64,000 bases of DNA from Octopus sinensis (lineage: Eukaryota), in NCBI RefSeq assembly GCF_006345805.1, contig NC_043026.1, forward strand, positions 9,734,001 through 9,798,000, given 5' to 3'. Made by a program: the position numbers and the translations under genes. Under the pieces are notes generated by a model. It was not told where the DNA came from and did not search any database. It worked only from the letters and a program-made list of their open reading frames with translations. Below are positions 1 to 12,143 of the stretch, piece after piece (within the stretch, counting starts at the first letter, position 1; every line of letters begins with the position of its first letter).

Positions 1-701
1 TCTCTTGGCTTTCTTGAGAAAATTGTAATTTGTAAGTTTAACGTAGTTTAATTTTTCGAATTTTAACCAATCCTATCGCCTCTATTGAGCTGAAATCATT
101 TGCTGCGTCTAAAACTGAGACAACATGGATAAAGTAAACACAATTGAAAGAGAGAGAGAGAGAGGGGGGGTATGATTTACATTCTACATTGTAAGAATTT
201 TAAAAGCATAATTTGCTCCATTGCTCTCTATGTGGTCACATGACCTACTAGATAGACCTAATGGAATGTTTCCCTTAAATTTCACCTTTCATTTATGAGT
301 ATTGAAGACTATTGGATGATGTGATCCTAGATATACAATGCTAAAGAGAAAGAAAGGATGAAAAGTCTTTAATCATATTTCTGCTCAGAGACACCTCAGG
401 GTTAAACAACAATGTCAAATTATAAGTTCAGTTGTTCAGGTAAATTTTTATTTCTGTAGAAATGTAAATTTTCCACTTTTGAATGTGTTTTTTTAAGTAG
501 CCTCCATATTTTACACTGATGTTTCTTTATTGTTTCAGAATATCATATGACATTGGGACAACTGAAGATACATCCTCAATATTTATCATCTTTGAAGACT
601 GAAAGAAAATGATGTAAAAAGCAAATTCTTTGTAAAGAGTGAACTATAAGAAGGAAAACTGGAACAATATATATATACATTGTGATTTGAGGAGGAAAAT
701 A

Positions 702-1877
702 ATGGAAAAGAGTGAGAAAGTAGAAGAATTGATTTCCCATGAAAACATAAAAGAGATTAGAAAGTCCTCATATGACTGCGATGTCTGTAAAAGGTCCTTC
801 TCTCAAGAAAGTGGCCTCACTGAACACAAACTTATTCATAGACAAGAAAAGCTATATCATTGTGATATCTGTGGTAAATCATTCTCTCACAGTAGTAATC
901 TTTCTAAACACAAGCGTGTTCACAGAGGAGAGAAGTCCTATCACTGTGATATCTGTGGTAAATCATTCTCTCAAAGTAGTAATCTTTCTACACACATACG
1001 TATTCATACAGGAGAGAAACCATATCATTGTGATATTTGTGGTAAATCATTCTCTCATAATCGTAACTTAACTGTACACAGACATAGTCATACTGGACAG
1101 GAGCCATATCCGTGTGATATCTGTGGTAAATCATTCTCTCAAAATAGCCAGTTAACTAAACATAAACGTATTCATTCAGGAGAAAAACCATTTCATTGTG
1201 ATATCTGTGGTAAATCATTCACTGACTGTAGTAATTTAAATTCACACAAACGTATTCATACGGGTGAGAAGCCATATCATTGTGATATCTGCAGTAAATC
1301 ATTCTCAAGTAATAGTCACTTAACTGCACACATACGTTTTCATACACAGGAGAAGCCATATCATTGTGATACATGTGGTAAATCATTCTCTCAAAATAGT
1401 CACTTAACTGTACACGTACGTATTCATACAGGAGAGAAACCGTATCATTGTGATATCTGTGGTAAATCATTCTCTGATAGTAGTGTTTTACCAAGACACA
1501 AATGTATTCATGCGGGAGAGAAATCATATCACTGTGATATCTGTGGTAAATCATTTTTTGATAGTAGTAATTTAACTAGACACAAACTTACTCATACAGG
1601 GGAGAAGCCTTATCAGTGTGATATCTGTGGTAAATCATTTTCTCAAAATGGTGATTTAACTAAACATAAACGTATTCATACAGGAGAGAAACCATATCAT
1701 TGTGATATCTGTGGTAAATCATTCTCTAATAGTAGTGTCTTAATTAAACACAAACGTGGTCACACGGGAGCGAACGCATATGATTGTGATTTTTGTGGTG
1801 AATCATTTTCTGGAAATAGTCTCTTAATCGAACACAAACTTATTCATACAGGGGAGAAAAAGAAAAGTCTAGTTTGA
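702..1877 (+). CDS. Z1: C2H2 zinc-finger protein, 391 aa, 13 fingers
   Basis: ORF 639..1877 opens at GTG; first ATG at 702 ([10 protein letters not shown]...). 13 C-x2-C-x12-H-x3-H units with TGEKP-type linkers. Upstream GT at 440 and tttcAG at 537-538 define a 99-nt 5'UTR intron. Confidence 0.92.
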   Translation: MEKSEKVEELISHENIKEIRKSSYDCDVCKRSFSQESGLTEHKLIHRQEKLYHCDICGKSFSHSSNLSKHKRVHRGEKSYHCDICGKSFSQSSNLSTHIRIHTGEKPYHCDICGKSFSHNRNLTVHRHSHTGQEPYPCDICGKSFSQNSQLTKHKRIHSGEKPFHCDICGKSFTDCSNLNSHKRIHTGEKPYHCDICSKSFSSNSHLTAHIRFHTQEKPYHCDTCGKSFSQNSHLTVHVRIHTGEKPYHCDICGKSFSDSSVLPRHKCIHAGEKSYHCDICGKSFFDSSNLTRHKLTHTGEKPYQCDICGKSFSQNGDLTKHKRIHTGEKPYHCDICGKSFSNSSVLIKHKRGHTGANAYDCDFCGESFSGNSLLIEHKLIHTGEKKKSLV

Positions 1878-2354
1878 ATGGGTTCTTTTGTATATTACTT
1901 TTTTTATATTTCTGATTTATGTAATGAAAATTATGGATGAAAATGATGTTTTTCCAAGAATTTCTTTCTTTCCAAATTTTCTCCCAATCTCCCCTACTTC
2001 CATGCACTTTCCATAATGTAGAGGCCTCTGTTCTGGAATACCTCCTCCTGCCAACCCTATACATGGTTATTTATTGAATATCACTTCCACAATTTACTCC
2101 ATATTTATTCTTTATTAATTTTTCAATACAAAACAGAAGAGACCACAAAGGGAAAACATGGGGTGTAACTACAGTTTAGTGCTCCACTACAGACTATTTT
2201 CTCATAAATTTCAGAAGAATTAAGTTTTATATCGAACTCAGTAAAGGTCTAGATTACAATTATCTTACTGAAATTTGAAGAAAAAATTTCTCAAGGAGAG
2301 TGTCATCCTTGTCAACTCCACCCTGGTTTTCTCAGGGATCATAGTCCAATTGAT

Positions 2355-2600
2355 TAGCAAAAGGGATAGCCTAGATGAGATGCAGTTTGGTTTTGTGCCA
2401 GGGAGAAGCACTCTAGATGCTCTTCTTAGTAAGGCAACTGCTGGAACAGAATTTAGAGAAAAATAAACCTTTGTATTTGGCTTTTGCTGACATGGACAAA
2501 TCTTTTGACAGGGATCCTTGCTCCTTTATCTGGTGGTCTATGTGGCAGCTTGGGATAGATGAGTGGTTTGTGAACAGCATACAAGCCATGTATGCTGTAG
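2355..2600 (+). mobile_element. Degenerate RTE-type reverse transcriptase fragment (further copies 5644-5870 + and ~10715-10940 -)
   Basis: Frameshifted translation QFGFVPGRSTLDAL..VRQLLEQ..KNKPLYLAFADMDKSFDRDP..IWWSM.QLGIDEWF matches the non-LTR RT pattern QFGF..GRST.DA / LAF.D.EKAFD. Confidence 0.75.
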
Positions 2601-2920
2601 TTATTTCATCTTTCCCCTTTCCATGTTTTTCCTTGTAATCTCTACTGATGGTAGCCCTTACATTCCCATTCCCCTGGTTGTCCACAAGGGTGGAGCTTCA
2701 TTCTGTTTTGGGACCACTGGCACAGAGGGACTTCTGGTTGTTGCTTCTTTATCTTCCTATCCTTATCAGCCTGGTTATTCACGGGGGTTGGAGATCGGTT
2801 CTTATGTGGAACCACTAGATGTGAGGAATTTCCAGTTGTTACACTGTCTTCCCTATCCTTACAAGTCTTGCAACAGTTGCCTTCCATGATGGCATCAACA
2901 GTGCCAATGTGTGGTCTAAT

Positions 2921-3284
2921 GGAAGCACTCCGTCGGTTACGACGACAAGGGTTCCGGTTGATCCGATCAACGGAACAGCCTGCTCGTGAAATTAACGTGC
3001 AAGTGGCTGAGCACTCCACAGACACATGTACCCTTAACGTAGTTCTCGGGGATATTCAGCGTGACACAGAGTAACAAGGCCGGCCCTTTGAAATACAGGT
3101 ACAACAGAAACAGGAAGTAAGAGTGAGAGAAAGTTGTGGTGAAAGAGTACAGCAGGGATCACCACCCCCTGCCGGAGCCTCGTGCAGCTTTAGGTGTTTT
3201 CGCTCAATAAACACTCACAACGCCCGGTCTGGGAATCGAAACCGCGAGTCCGCTGCCCTAACCACTGGGCCATTGCGCCTCCAC
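2921..3284 (-). mobile_element. tRNA-derived SINE, family C
   Basis: Minus-strand head ggaggcgcaatggcccagtggttagggcagcgg...ggtttcgattccc (A/B boxes). 11-bp TSD tgtggtctaat at 2910-2920 and 3285-3295. Confidence 0.85.
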
Positions 3285-3851
3285 TGTGGTCTAATAAGGG
3301 TATAGGACTGAATAAATATGTTTTTCTTCCATTCTGTCTGCTCAATATTTCTACAGAAACCCTTTGTTCCTCAGTGCAGCAGTATTGATGTTGTTTGGAG
3401 GATCATCACTAGCAAGTATTTGCCTAAAACCTTAAAGCTAAAACCAGTACAAACGAAAAATACACAGCCGGAAGTTATTGTTGACAAACAACAGCAGTAA
3501 TTTTATTCAGCTGAATACACGTCATTGATTGGTTGAAATTACCGAAAGACTACAACTTTAACGTGAAATAACTTCCTAAATAGGAGCTTTTCTCAATAAA
3601 GCCAAGATTAAAAGATGTTTTATATGACACATTCTACCAGTGTATGAAGTTTGAAAGTGTTTAGTAACAAAAAATTATTTTTTAAATCTGTCGGTCAAAA
3701 GGTAAGGATCCCTACCAACACATCTTCAGGTTCTTTTCAAAATATTGTTAATCTAATTTTACATCACCTTAAAATTAAGCGTTAAATTAAACAATAAATT
3801 GCACATTAAAAATTATACTTTATAAAATTAAGAATTATAAATATGAATTAG

Positions 3852-5150
3852 TAAATCAAATCAAATCAAATCAAAACAGATGAACATCAATGGAATTTGT
3901 ATCTTTGTGGTACCAGTGCCGGTGGCACACAAGAAAACCATCCGAATGTGGCCGTAGCCAGTACCGCATCGACTGGCCTCCGTGCTGTGGGCACGTAACA
4001 AACACCATCCGATCGTGGCCGTTCGCCAGCCTCATCTGGCACCTGTGTCGGTGGCACATAAAAATACCATCCGAAGACCCGGCAAGACTACGAAGAAAGG
4101 CTGAGGACGCTCGACCTTTATTCTCTTGAAAAACGCCGCCGCCGTGGTGATCTCATTCTCGCCCACAACATCATAAGCGGGAAGTGTAACCTCTCGAAAG
4201 AGCTGTTCTTCACTCCTGCTCCGGAGCGTCGGCTGCGGGGTCATTCCGAAAAGCTCTACCTGCGACGATTTCATCTCAATCGAAGGAGAAGAGCTTTCTC
4301 CGTCCGGGTTGCGGATCCGTGGAACAAGCTGCCAGACGAGATGGTGAAGATGCCGACGACCGCTTTGTTCAAAGCCTCCCTGGACCTCAAGTGGCCTGAA
4401 CTCTTTACATGAACACCACCCTGTACTTAACTCCATGTCCCCCTACATGGCCTTGCTATTTGCTTTTGAGCCAAATTAACTAACTAACTAACTAACTAGT
4501 CAGGCCATAACCCGTGGCCCCTACCTGGGACGTAGTCAGTCCACCTGTGCATACCTTCCTATTGTGACACTTGTGAAGACCTGTTGAGGCAAGTGAAAAT
4601 CAAAGCAAATCAAATAGATGAACATCAATGGAATTTGTATCTTTGTGGTACCAGTGCCGGTGGCACACAAGAAAACCATCTGAACGTGGCCGTAGCCAGT
4701 ACCGCATCGCCTGGCCTCCGTGCTGTGGGCACGTAACAAACACCATCCGATCGTGGCCGTTCGCCAGCCTCATCTGGCACCTGTGTCGGTGGCACATAAA
4801 AACACCATCCGAGCGTGGCCGTCTGCCAGCCTCATCTGGCACCTGTGTCGGTGGCACATAAAAACACCATCCGAGCGTGGCCGTCTGCCAGCCTCGTCTG
4901 GCACCTGTGTCGGTGGCACATAAAAAACACCATCTGAGCGTGGCCGTTCGCCAGCCTCGTCTGGCACCTGTGTCGGTGGCACATAAAATCACCCACTACA
5001 TTCTCGGAGTGGTTGGCGTTAGGAAGGGCATCCAGCTGTAGAAACACTGCCAGATCTGACTGGCCTGGTGCAACCTTCGGGCTCCCCAGACCCCAGTTGA
5101 ACCGTCCAACCCATGCTAGCATGGAAAGCGGACGTTAAATGATGATGATG
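3852..5150 (+). mobile_element. Two RTE-LINE 3'-UTR copies (family D) with a CR1 fragment between them; internal ~61-bp tandem units at 4790-4980
   Basis: (AAATC)n, repeated ggtggcacataaaaacaccatccga units, terminal ggcgttaggaagggcatccagctgtag...ggacgttaaa(TGA)n. The same 3' end follows an RTE-like ORF C-terminus at 27000-27625. Confidence 0.75.
4078..4499 (+). mobile_element. CR1-group LINE 3' end
   Basis: + strand reads YEERLRTLDLYSLEKRRRRGDLI...LRGHSEKL...FSVRVADPWNKLP, followed by an (AACT)n tail. Confidence 0.85.
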
Positions 5151-5918
5151 AATTAGTATATTTCATTTCATTTTTCTTTCTGTCAGGAAGATATGGCTGC
5201 TCTTTCTAGCAACTCGAGCAACCAGGTGAATGCTCTCTCATTGCCTCGTCTTGTTCCCTTCATCACTTGTTTAGCTCTAAGTTGGATCTGATTGAACAGA
5301 TATCAAAGACGTCCCAACTGTGACCATTCCATCTTTCTTCCCAGACATGATAGACTCTACGTGTTTATCACAGGATAGAGGTTCTTCTATTCTGTATATA
5401 AAAAAAGTTTGGTTTCTTTTTCTAGCAGGTCATGCAACCACATACAGACTTCGTCGTTGGTCTGTCTCAGAAATAATTTTGTTGTAATTTTAGCCTCAAA
5501 TCAACCCTGATACAGCAAACGTATGTTGCCATAAAAACATCTCAGGGTTATTAAAGAAGGGTTTTGTTAGGGATCAGACCCGGAAGTTGTTTGCAAACAG
5601 CAGCAGTAATTTTTTCAACTGAATACGTCATTGATTGGTTAAAGGAAAAGGGATAGCCTAGATGAGATGCAGTTTGGTTTTGTGCCAGGGAGAAGCACTC
5701 TAGATGCTCTTCTTAGTAAGACAGCTGCTGGAAAAGAATTTAGAGAAAAATAAACCTTTGTATTTGGCTTTTGCTGACATAGACAGATCTTTTGACAGGG
5801 ATCCTTGCTCCTTTATCTGGTGGTAGCTTGGGATAGATGAGTGGTTTGTGAACAGCATACAAGCCCTGTACAAGGTGGTATCAAAATGTTACCAGATTAG
5901 TTATATTTGATAACTAGT

Positions 5919-6585
5919 TACACCAAAACTGAATACATAAACAAGTGCCTGTCCAACAGTGATTGCATCATCCATACTCTCAACAATGTGCCCTTAAATA
6001 TGGTTTCTGATTATAAATATCTTGGGTCATACATATCATCATCTGGAAAAGACTTTCTAACTAGAAAGGGTATGGCCTGGTCAGCCTGTAATGATATGCA
6101 TAAGATCTGGTCATCAAATCTAAGTAGAGACTTCAAACTTGAAATCTTCAAAGCCACAGTCGAACCAATTCTACTATATGGCTCAGAAACCTGGACGTTA
6201 TCAAAGAAGCTTGAGAGGCGGTTGGATGGAACCTACATTCGCCTCCTTATGAGAGCTCAAAATCTCTCGTGGAAGCGCCATCCAACCAAAATGCAAATAT
6301 ATGGGAAAGTACCACCTGTGTCATCTCTTGTGAAAGGTAGGAGAGTCCAGTTTGCTGGACATTGTTGTAGAGCTGAAAAAGAGGTAATTTCTACTCTTCT
6401 CCTCTGGAAGCCATCTACTCGCAATACCAGAGGGCGCACACTCTCCTACCCTGATGCAATCTCCAGGGATACAGGCATCCAGCAACAGGACCTCCGTAAT
6501 GCTATGATGGACCGTGAGGTCTGGCGTAGCATGGTAAATTCCATTGTCTCGACCACGGTCGAACAATGGTGAATGATGATGACAT
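5919..6585 (+). mobile_element. RTE-clade LINE 3' end (family E), 5'-truncated
   Basis: ORF 5907..6572 contains DYKYLGS, EPILLYGSETWTL, VQFAGH, DREVWR; gatgatgac tail. Confidence 0.88.
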
Positions 6586-6695
6586 CTTGACATCATCTCC
6601 AAAATTTTTGCCCTGGGCCTTAGCCACAGCAATAACTCGTCCACTCATTGGGGATCCTTTCTTTAGGCTTTTTTCCCCAGCAGTTTGATATACTT

Positions 6696-6701
6696 AATAA
6701 A
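6696..6701 (+). terminator. Candidate poly(A) signal in a 3' module conserved among ZNF paralogues
   Basis: ttAATAAAagcaattt context recurs at 10539-10544 (-), 52944-52949 (+) and 58080-58085 (+). Confidence 0.45.
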
Positions 6702-6930
6702 AGCAATTTGTTTCAAATTTTGAATTTCTTGTGTTGGAAATTTGATATGAAACTGTTCTTTTATACCTGTGAGAGAGTCATATCTAATAAAGCCTAAAAA
6801 CACACACACAGCAGGTATTGTTTTGTCTATGCTTCATTTTTTACATTGCATTCTTTTCAAAGTAGTTAATGTTTGTTTGAAGCCCCATCATTTGTTTTAT
6901 CAGTTCATTTGGCCAACAAAAGCAGAATTG

Positions 6931-7309
6931 CACAGGAGTGGCTGTGTGGTAAGTAGCTTGCTAACCAACCACATGGTTCCGGGTTCAGTCCCACTGCGTG
7001 GCATCTTGGGCAAGTGTCTTCTGCTATAGCCCCGGGCCGACCAATGCCTTGTGAGTGGATTTAGTAGACGGAAACTGAAAGAAGCCTGTCGTATATATAT
7101 ATAGGTGTGTGTATGTGTTTGTCCCCCTAGCATTGCTTGACAACCGATGCTGGTGTGTTTACGTCCCCGTCACTTAGCAGTTCAGCAAAAGACACAGATG
7201 GAATAAGTACTGGGCTTACAAAGAATAAGTCCCGGGGTCGATTTGCTCGACTAAAGGCGATGCTCCAGTATGGCCGCAGTCAAATGACTGAAACAAGTAA
7301 AAGAGAGTA
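6931..7309 (+). mobile_element. tRNA-headed CORE-type SINE, family A (octopus OR-like)
   Basis: caggagtggctgtgtggtaag...ggttcagtccc head, CORE-like ggcatcttgggcaagtgtctt, central (TA/TG)n, 3' gactgaaacaagtaaaagag. More than 12 copies in the window. Confidence 0.8.
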
Positions 7310-7394
7310 TATATATGCGCTTGTTCGTATGTATACATACACACACATCTATCTGTCTCTCTGTATATCTACCAACCTACAAACACAGCTGTAC

Positions 7395-7675
7395 ATTTGT
7401 TTGAGTTCCTATGTCTGTTCGTCTCCATGTGTTTTCACTGGCTGTAAACAATGGCGTTGCTATCCAAACAAACCTCGGTCATTTGCTTTCAGTCCACAGC
7501 CTCACCCTGTTTTCGTTCTTTCATATATATTGATGTATTGCATATTCTTTGTGAATGAAGGTCTCATTGAGCTAGTATCTTTCGCTTCGTCTCCTGGGGC
7601 TATTTGTTGCTTGGACAGACAGGGAGACTTATAATCTCGCTTGGAACATGTGGAAGTTGGCACCAGGAATGTAAG
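7395..7675 (+). repeat. Unclassified interspersed repeat (inverted copy at ~21596-21890)
   Basis: ccatgtgttttcactggctgtaaacaatgg...ggcaccaggaatgt aligns by eye to the reverse complement of 21596-21890. Confidence 0.6.
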
Positions 7676-7736
7676 GATGATTATGATCAGTGTTGCTGCT
7701 TAGAATTATTTTCACATAAAATATCTAAAATATCTA

Positions 7737-8122
7737 GGCGCAGGAGTGGCTGTGTGGTAAGTAGCTTGCTAACCAACCACATGGTTCCGGGTTCAGTTAC
7801 TGTGTGGCATCTTGGGCGAGTGTCTTCTGCTATAGCCCCGGGCCGACCAATGCCTTGTGAGTGGATTTGGTAGACGAAAACTGAAAGAAGCCTGTCGTAT
7901 ATATGTATATATATATATGTGTGTCTGTGTTTGTCCTCTTAGCATTGCTTGACAACCGATGCTGGTGTGCTTACGTCCCCGTCACTTTGCGGTTCGGCAA
8001 AAGAGACCGATAGAATAAGTACTGGGCTTACAAAGAATAAGTCCCGGGGTCGATTTGCTCGACTAAAGGCGGTGCTCCAGCATGGCCGCGGTCAAATGAC
8101 TGAAACATGTAAAGAAAAGAGT
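7737..8122 (+). mobile_element. Family A CORE-type SINE
   Basis: Full head ggcgcaggagtggctgtgtgg and the same body and tail as 6931-7309. Confidence 0.85.
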
Positions 8123-8334
8123 AACTAAATTTTTGTTACGTAGACTAGGAAAAGTACGTACAAGAGTTAGCTCCCATGTGTTTCATATAAAATATACGCA
8201 ATCACCATAATTGTAGTTCTATGATGAACTCTATTATATGCACACTAAATTCGTCTCCCTTCATAGCCAACTTTCATCTTAATGACAGAATCCATATACA
8301 AGGTAATATCAAAAAGTTTTGCAGTGCACCAACA

Positions 8335-8735
8335 CATGGCTACCTATTTCTTTACTACCCACAAGGGGCTAAAGACAGAGGGGACAGACAAACGGATTAA
8401 GTCGATTATATCGACCCTAGTGCGTAACTGGTACTTATTTAATCGACCCCGAAAGGATGAAAGGCAAAGTTGACCTCGGGGGAATTTGAACTCAGAACGT
8501 AACGGTAGACGAAATACCTGTTTCTTTACTACTCACAAGCGGCTAAACACAGAGGGGACAAACAAGGACAGACAAACGGATTAAGTCGATTATATCGACC
8601 CAAGTGCGTAACTGGTACTTATTTAATCAATCCCGAAAGGATGAAAGGCAAAGTCGACCTCAGTGGAATTTGAACTCAGAACATAACGGCAGACGAAATA
8701 CGGCTACACATTTCGCCTGGCGTGCTAACGTTTCT
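8335..8735 (-). mobile_element. Family B SINE (Nin/Deu-like core), head plus two bodies
   Basis: Reverse complement of gttctgagttcaaatt...gtcgactttgcctttcatcctttcggggtcgat...taagtaccag...aaagaaatag, present twice. Confidence 0.8.
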
Positions 8736-9222
8736 GCCAACTTGGCTACCATGACATCAGTGTTTGCTTCGCAAGTTGTGCAATTTGTAATCATGTGTCT
8801 GCTGCAGTTTGCGATGTTTGCCATGGACAGGAAACCAGAACAAAGAGCCAATGCAAAATTTTGCATTAAACTTGGGAAGTCTGCTTTGGCAAGCTTATGG
8901 CAACAAGTCAATGGATTATATGCAATGTTTTGAGTGGCACAGGCGCTTCAGAATTGGAAGAATGTTCCTGGAAGACAATGAATGATACTAGAAGACCTTC
9001 CATGTGCATCCTCTCCAGATAAGTGGAGAAAATTTATAAGCTTGTGCATGAGGATCATCAGAGGACAATCGACATCGCTGATGTAGTTGGTCTGTGCGTC
9101 TGCCCAGTTTGTCCCCTGCCTCCTGATCCCTGATAAGAAAGTACACCATATCAGTCTATCAAGATCTCTGTCAGCATGCCACCGATGACCCATGTTTGAT
9201 GTCAACAATCATCACTGGCGAC

Positions 9223-9876
9223 AAGAAGCTTGAGAGGCGGTTGGATGGAACCTACATTCGCCTCCTTATGAGAGCTCAAAATCTCTCGTGGAAGCGTCAT
9301 CCAACCAAAATGCAAATAGATGGGAAAGTACCACCTGTGTCATCTCTTGTGAAAGGTAGAAGAGTCCAGTTTGCTGGACATTGTTGTAGAGCTGAAGACG
9401 AGGCAATTTCTACTCTTCTCCTCTGGAAGCCATCTAATCGCAATACCAGAGGGCGCACACTCTCCTACCCTGATGTAATCTCCAGGGATACAGGCATCCA
9501 GCAACAGGACCTCTGTAATGCCATGATGGACCGTGAAGTCTGGCGTAGCATGGTAAATTCCATTGTCTCGACCATGGTTGAACAATGATGATGATGATAT
9601 ATATACACATACATACATATCATGTCTTGTGAAAGGTAGGAGAGTTCAATTTGCTGGACATTGTGGTAGAGCTGAAAAAGAGGTAATTTCTACTCATCTC
9701 CTCTGGAAGCCATCTACTCGCAATACCAGAGGGCGCACACTCTCCTACCCTGATGTAATCTCCAGGGATACAGGCATCCAGCAACAGGACCTCCGTAATG
9801 CCATGATGGACCGTGAAGTCTGGCGTAGCATGCTAAATTCCATTGTCTTGACCACGGTCGAACAATGATGATGATG
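9223..9876 (+). mobile_element. Tandem pair of family E RTE 3' ends (9223-9597, 9621-9876)
   Basis: ORFs 9196..9588 and 9563..9868 are near-identical to the C-terminus of 5907..6572. Each has a (TGA)n tail; one flanking TSD tgg(c/t)gacaag. Confidence 0.88.
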
Positions 9877-11171
9877 GTGACAAGAGCTGGGTCCACAGAT
9901 ATAACGGGAGACAAAGCAGCAGTCATCACAACGGATGAGCCCTTCATCTACAGGAACAAAGAAGGCACAACAGAGCCACAGCTCAATCAAGAGCATGCTA
10001 GCTTCTTTCGACATCTGTGGTAAAAGACTTACCATTGTGCATTGAGAATTCATCCCCTAGGGTCAGGGTTTCAATTGAGAGTTCTACTGTGACATTTTGA
10101 AGCATCTGAGAGAGGACATTCAACAAAAGCCACAGAGTTTTGAAGTATAGAGGATTCGATTCTTCACAACAATAATGCGCCCTGTCACTGAGCTCTCCTC
10201 ACTCGTGAATTACTTGCCAAAAACAATATGGTGCTGCTGTTCCACCTGCTTGATTCACCATATTTAGCAGCTGTAGACTTCCATATCTTCCATAAGGTGA
10301 AAATGCATCTCAAAGGTTGCCATTTTAAGAACATCGTCAAGATCCAGAACTAATCACAGAAGGTCCTCAACTCACTCAAAGGTCAAATTCCAAGTGTGGC
10401 AAGAACGCTGGGACCGGTGTATCACTGTTCAAGGTGACAATTTTGGAGATGATGTCAAGACATAACTAGTAATTAAATATAATTAGTCTGGGAACATTTT
10501 GATACCACCAAGAAATTCAAAATTTGGAACAAATTGCTTTTATTAAGTACATCGAACTGCTGGGAAAAAAAGCCTAAAGAAAGGATCCCCAATAAGTGGA
10601 CAATTTATTGCTGTGGCTAAGGCCCAGGGCAAAAATTTTGGAGATGATGTCAAGACATAACTAGTAATTAAATATAACTAGTCTGGGAACATTTTGATAC
10701 CACCTTATACAGGGCTTGTATGCTGTTCAAAAACCACTCATCTATCCCAAGCTACCACATAGACCACCAGATAAAGGAGCAAGGATCCCTGTCAAAAGAT
10801 TTGTCCATGTCAGCAAAAGCCAAATACAAAGGTTTATTTTTCTCTAAATTCTGTTCCAGCAGTTGCCTTACTAAGAAGAGCATCTAGAGTGCTTCTCCCT
10901 GGCACAAAACCAAACTGCATCTCATCTAGGCTATCCCTTTAGCTAATCAATTGGACTTTGATCCCGGAGAAAACCAGGGTGGAGTTGACAAGGATGACAC
11001 TCTCCTTGAGAAATTTTTTCTTCAAATTTCAGTAAGATAATTGTAATCTAGACCTTTACTGAGTTTGATATAAAACATAATTCTTTTGAAATTTATGAGA
11101 AAATAGTCTGTAGTGGAGCACTAAACTGTAGTTACACCCCATGTTTTCCCTTTGTGGTCTCTTCTGTTTCA

Positions 11172-11885
11172 TACTTACTCTCTCACTTGTTTCAGTCATT
11201 TGACTGTGGCCATGCTGGAGCACCACATTTAGTCGAACAAATCGACCCCAGGACTTATACCTTGTAAACCTAGTACTTATTCTATCAGTCTTTTTTGCCG
11301 AACCGCTAAGTGACGGGGACGTAAACACACTAGCATCGGTTGTCAAGTGATGTTGGTGGGGAAGGGAGGAGACAAACACAGACACAAACATATATATATA
11401 TGCATATACATAAAAAGCACCATCCGAACGTGGCCGATGCCAGCACCGCCTTGACTGGCTTCCGTGTCGTGGGCACGTTAAAAGCACCAACCGATCGTGG
11501 CCGATGCCAGACTGCCCTGGCACCTGTGCCGGTGGCACATAAAAAGCACCCACTACACTCGCGGAGTGGTTGTCGTTAGGAAGGGCATCCAGCTGTAGAA
11601 ACACTGCCAGATAAAACTGGTGCCTGGTGCAGCCCCTGGCTTCCCAGACCCCGGTCGAATCGTCCAACCCGTGCTAGCACGGAAAACAGACGTTAAACGA
11701 TGATGATGACATACATGACGAGCTTCTTTCAGTTTCTGCCTACCAAATCCACTCACAAGGCTTTGGTCAGCCCGAAGCTATAGTAGAAGACACTAGCCCA
11801 AGGTGCCATGCAGTGAGACTGAACTCGGAACTATGTGGCTGGTAAGCAAGCTACTTACCACACAGCCACTCCTGCACCTACAACT
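11172..11885 (-). mobile_element. Family A SINE split by a family D RTE tail (+, ~11413-11709)
   Basis: SINE 3' half at 11172-11400 and head at 11710-11885 flank the ggcacataaaaagcacc...aaacgatgatgatg insert. The same nest occurs at 15385-16100. Confidence 0.8.
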
Positions 11886-12143
11886 TAAAAATTAGTAAAA
11901 TTATAGAGTGAATTGTGCAAGTGATATTCAAGAAAGAAACTTGTGTAAAGCTGGCAGGAAGAGGCGTTCCAGAACAGAGGTCCCTACATCATGGGAAAGA
12001 AAAGGAACATGAAAGTAGGGGAAAGGACAGGGAGAAAATTTGGAAAGAAAGATAAAAACTGAAATTCTTGAAAAAGCATTATTTTTAAAGTCATAATTTT
12101 CATTACATAAAGGAAACGTAGTTTACAAAGGAACCCTCACAAA

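Larger units (their letters stand above)
8294..10510 (+). mobile_element. Decayed mariner element interrupted by a family B SINE dimer and an RTE dimer
   Basis: Fragments MDRKPEQRANAKFCIKLGKSA, STIITGD|KSWVH, HNNNAPCH, DSPYLAAVDF. Imperfect TIRs tacaaggtaatatcaaaaagtt / aacattttgataccacc. Confidence 0.8.

Noticed and set aside
639-701. GTG/TTG-initiated N-terminal extensions ([10 protein letters not shown]..., MRRKI) in the ORF track
   Set aside because: Near-cognate starts. The ATG of MEK/MER is the position conserved in all paralogues, and the upstream frame is not kept open in most.
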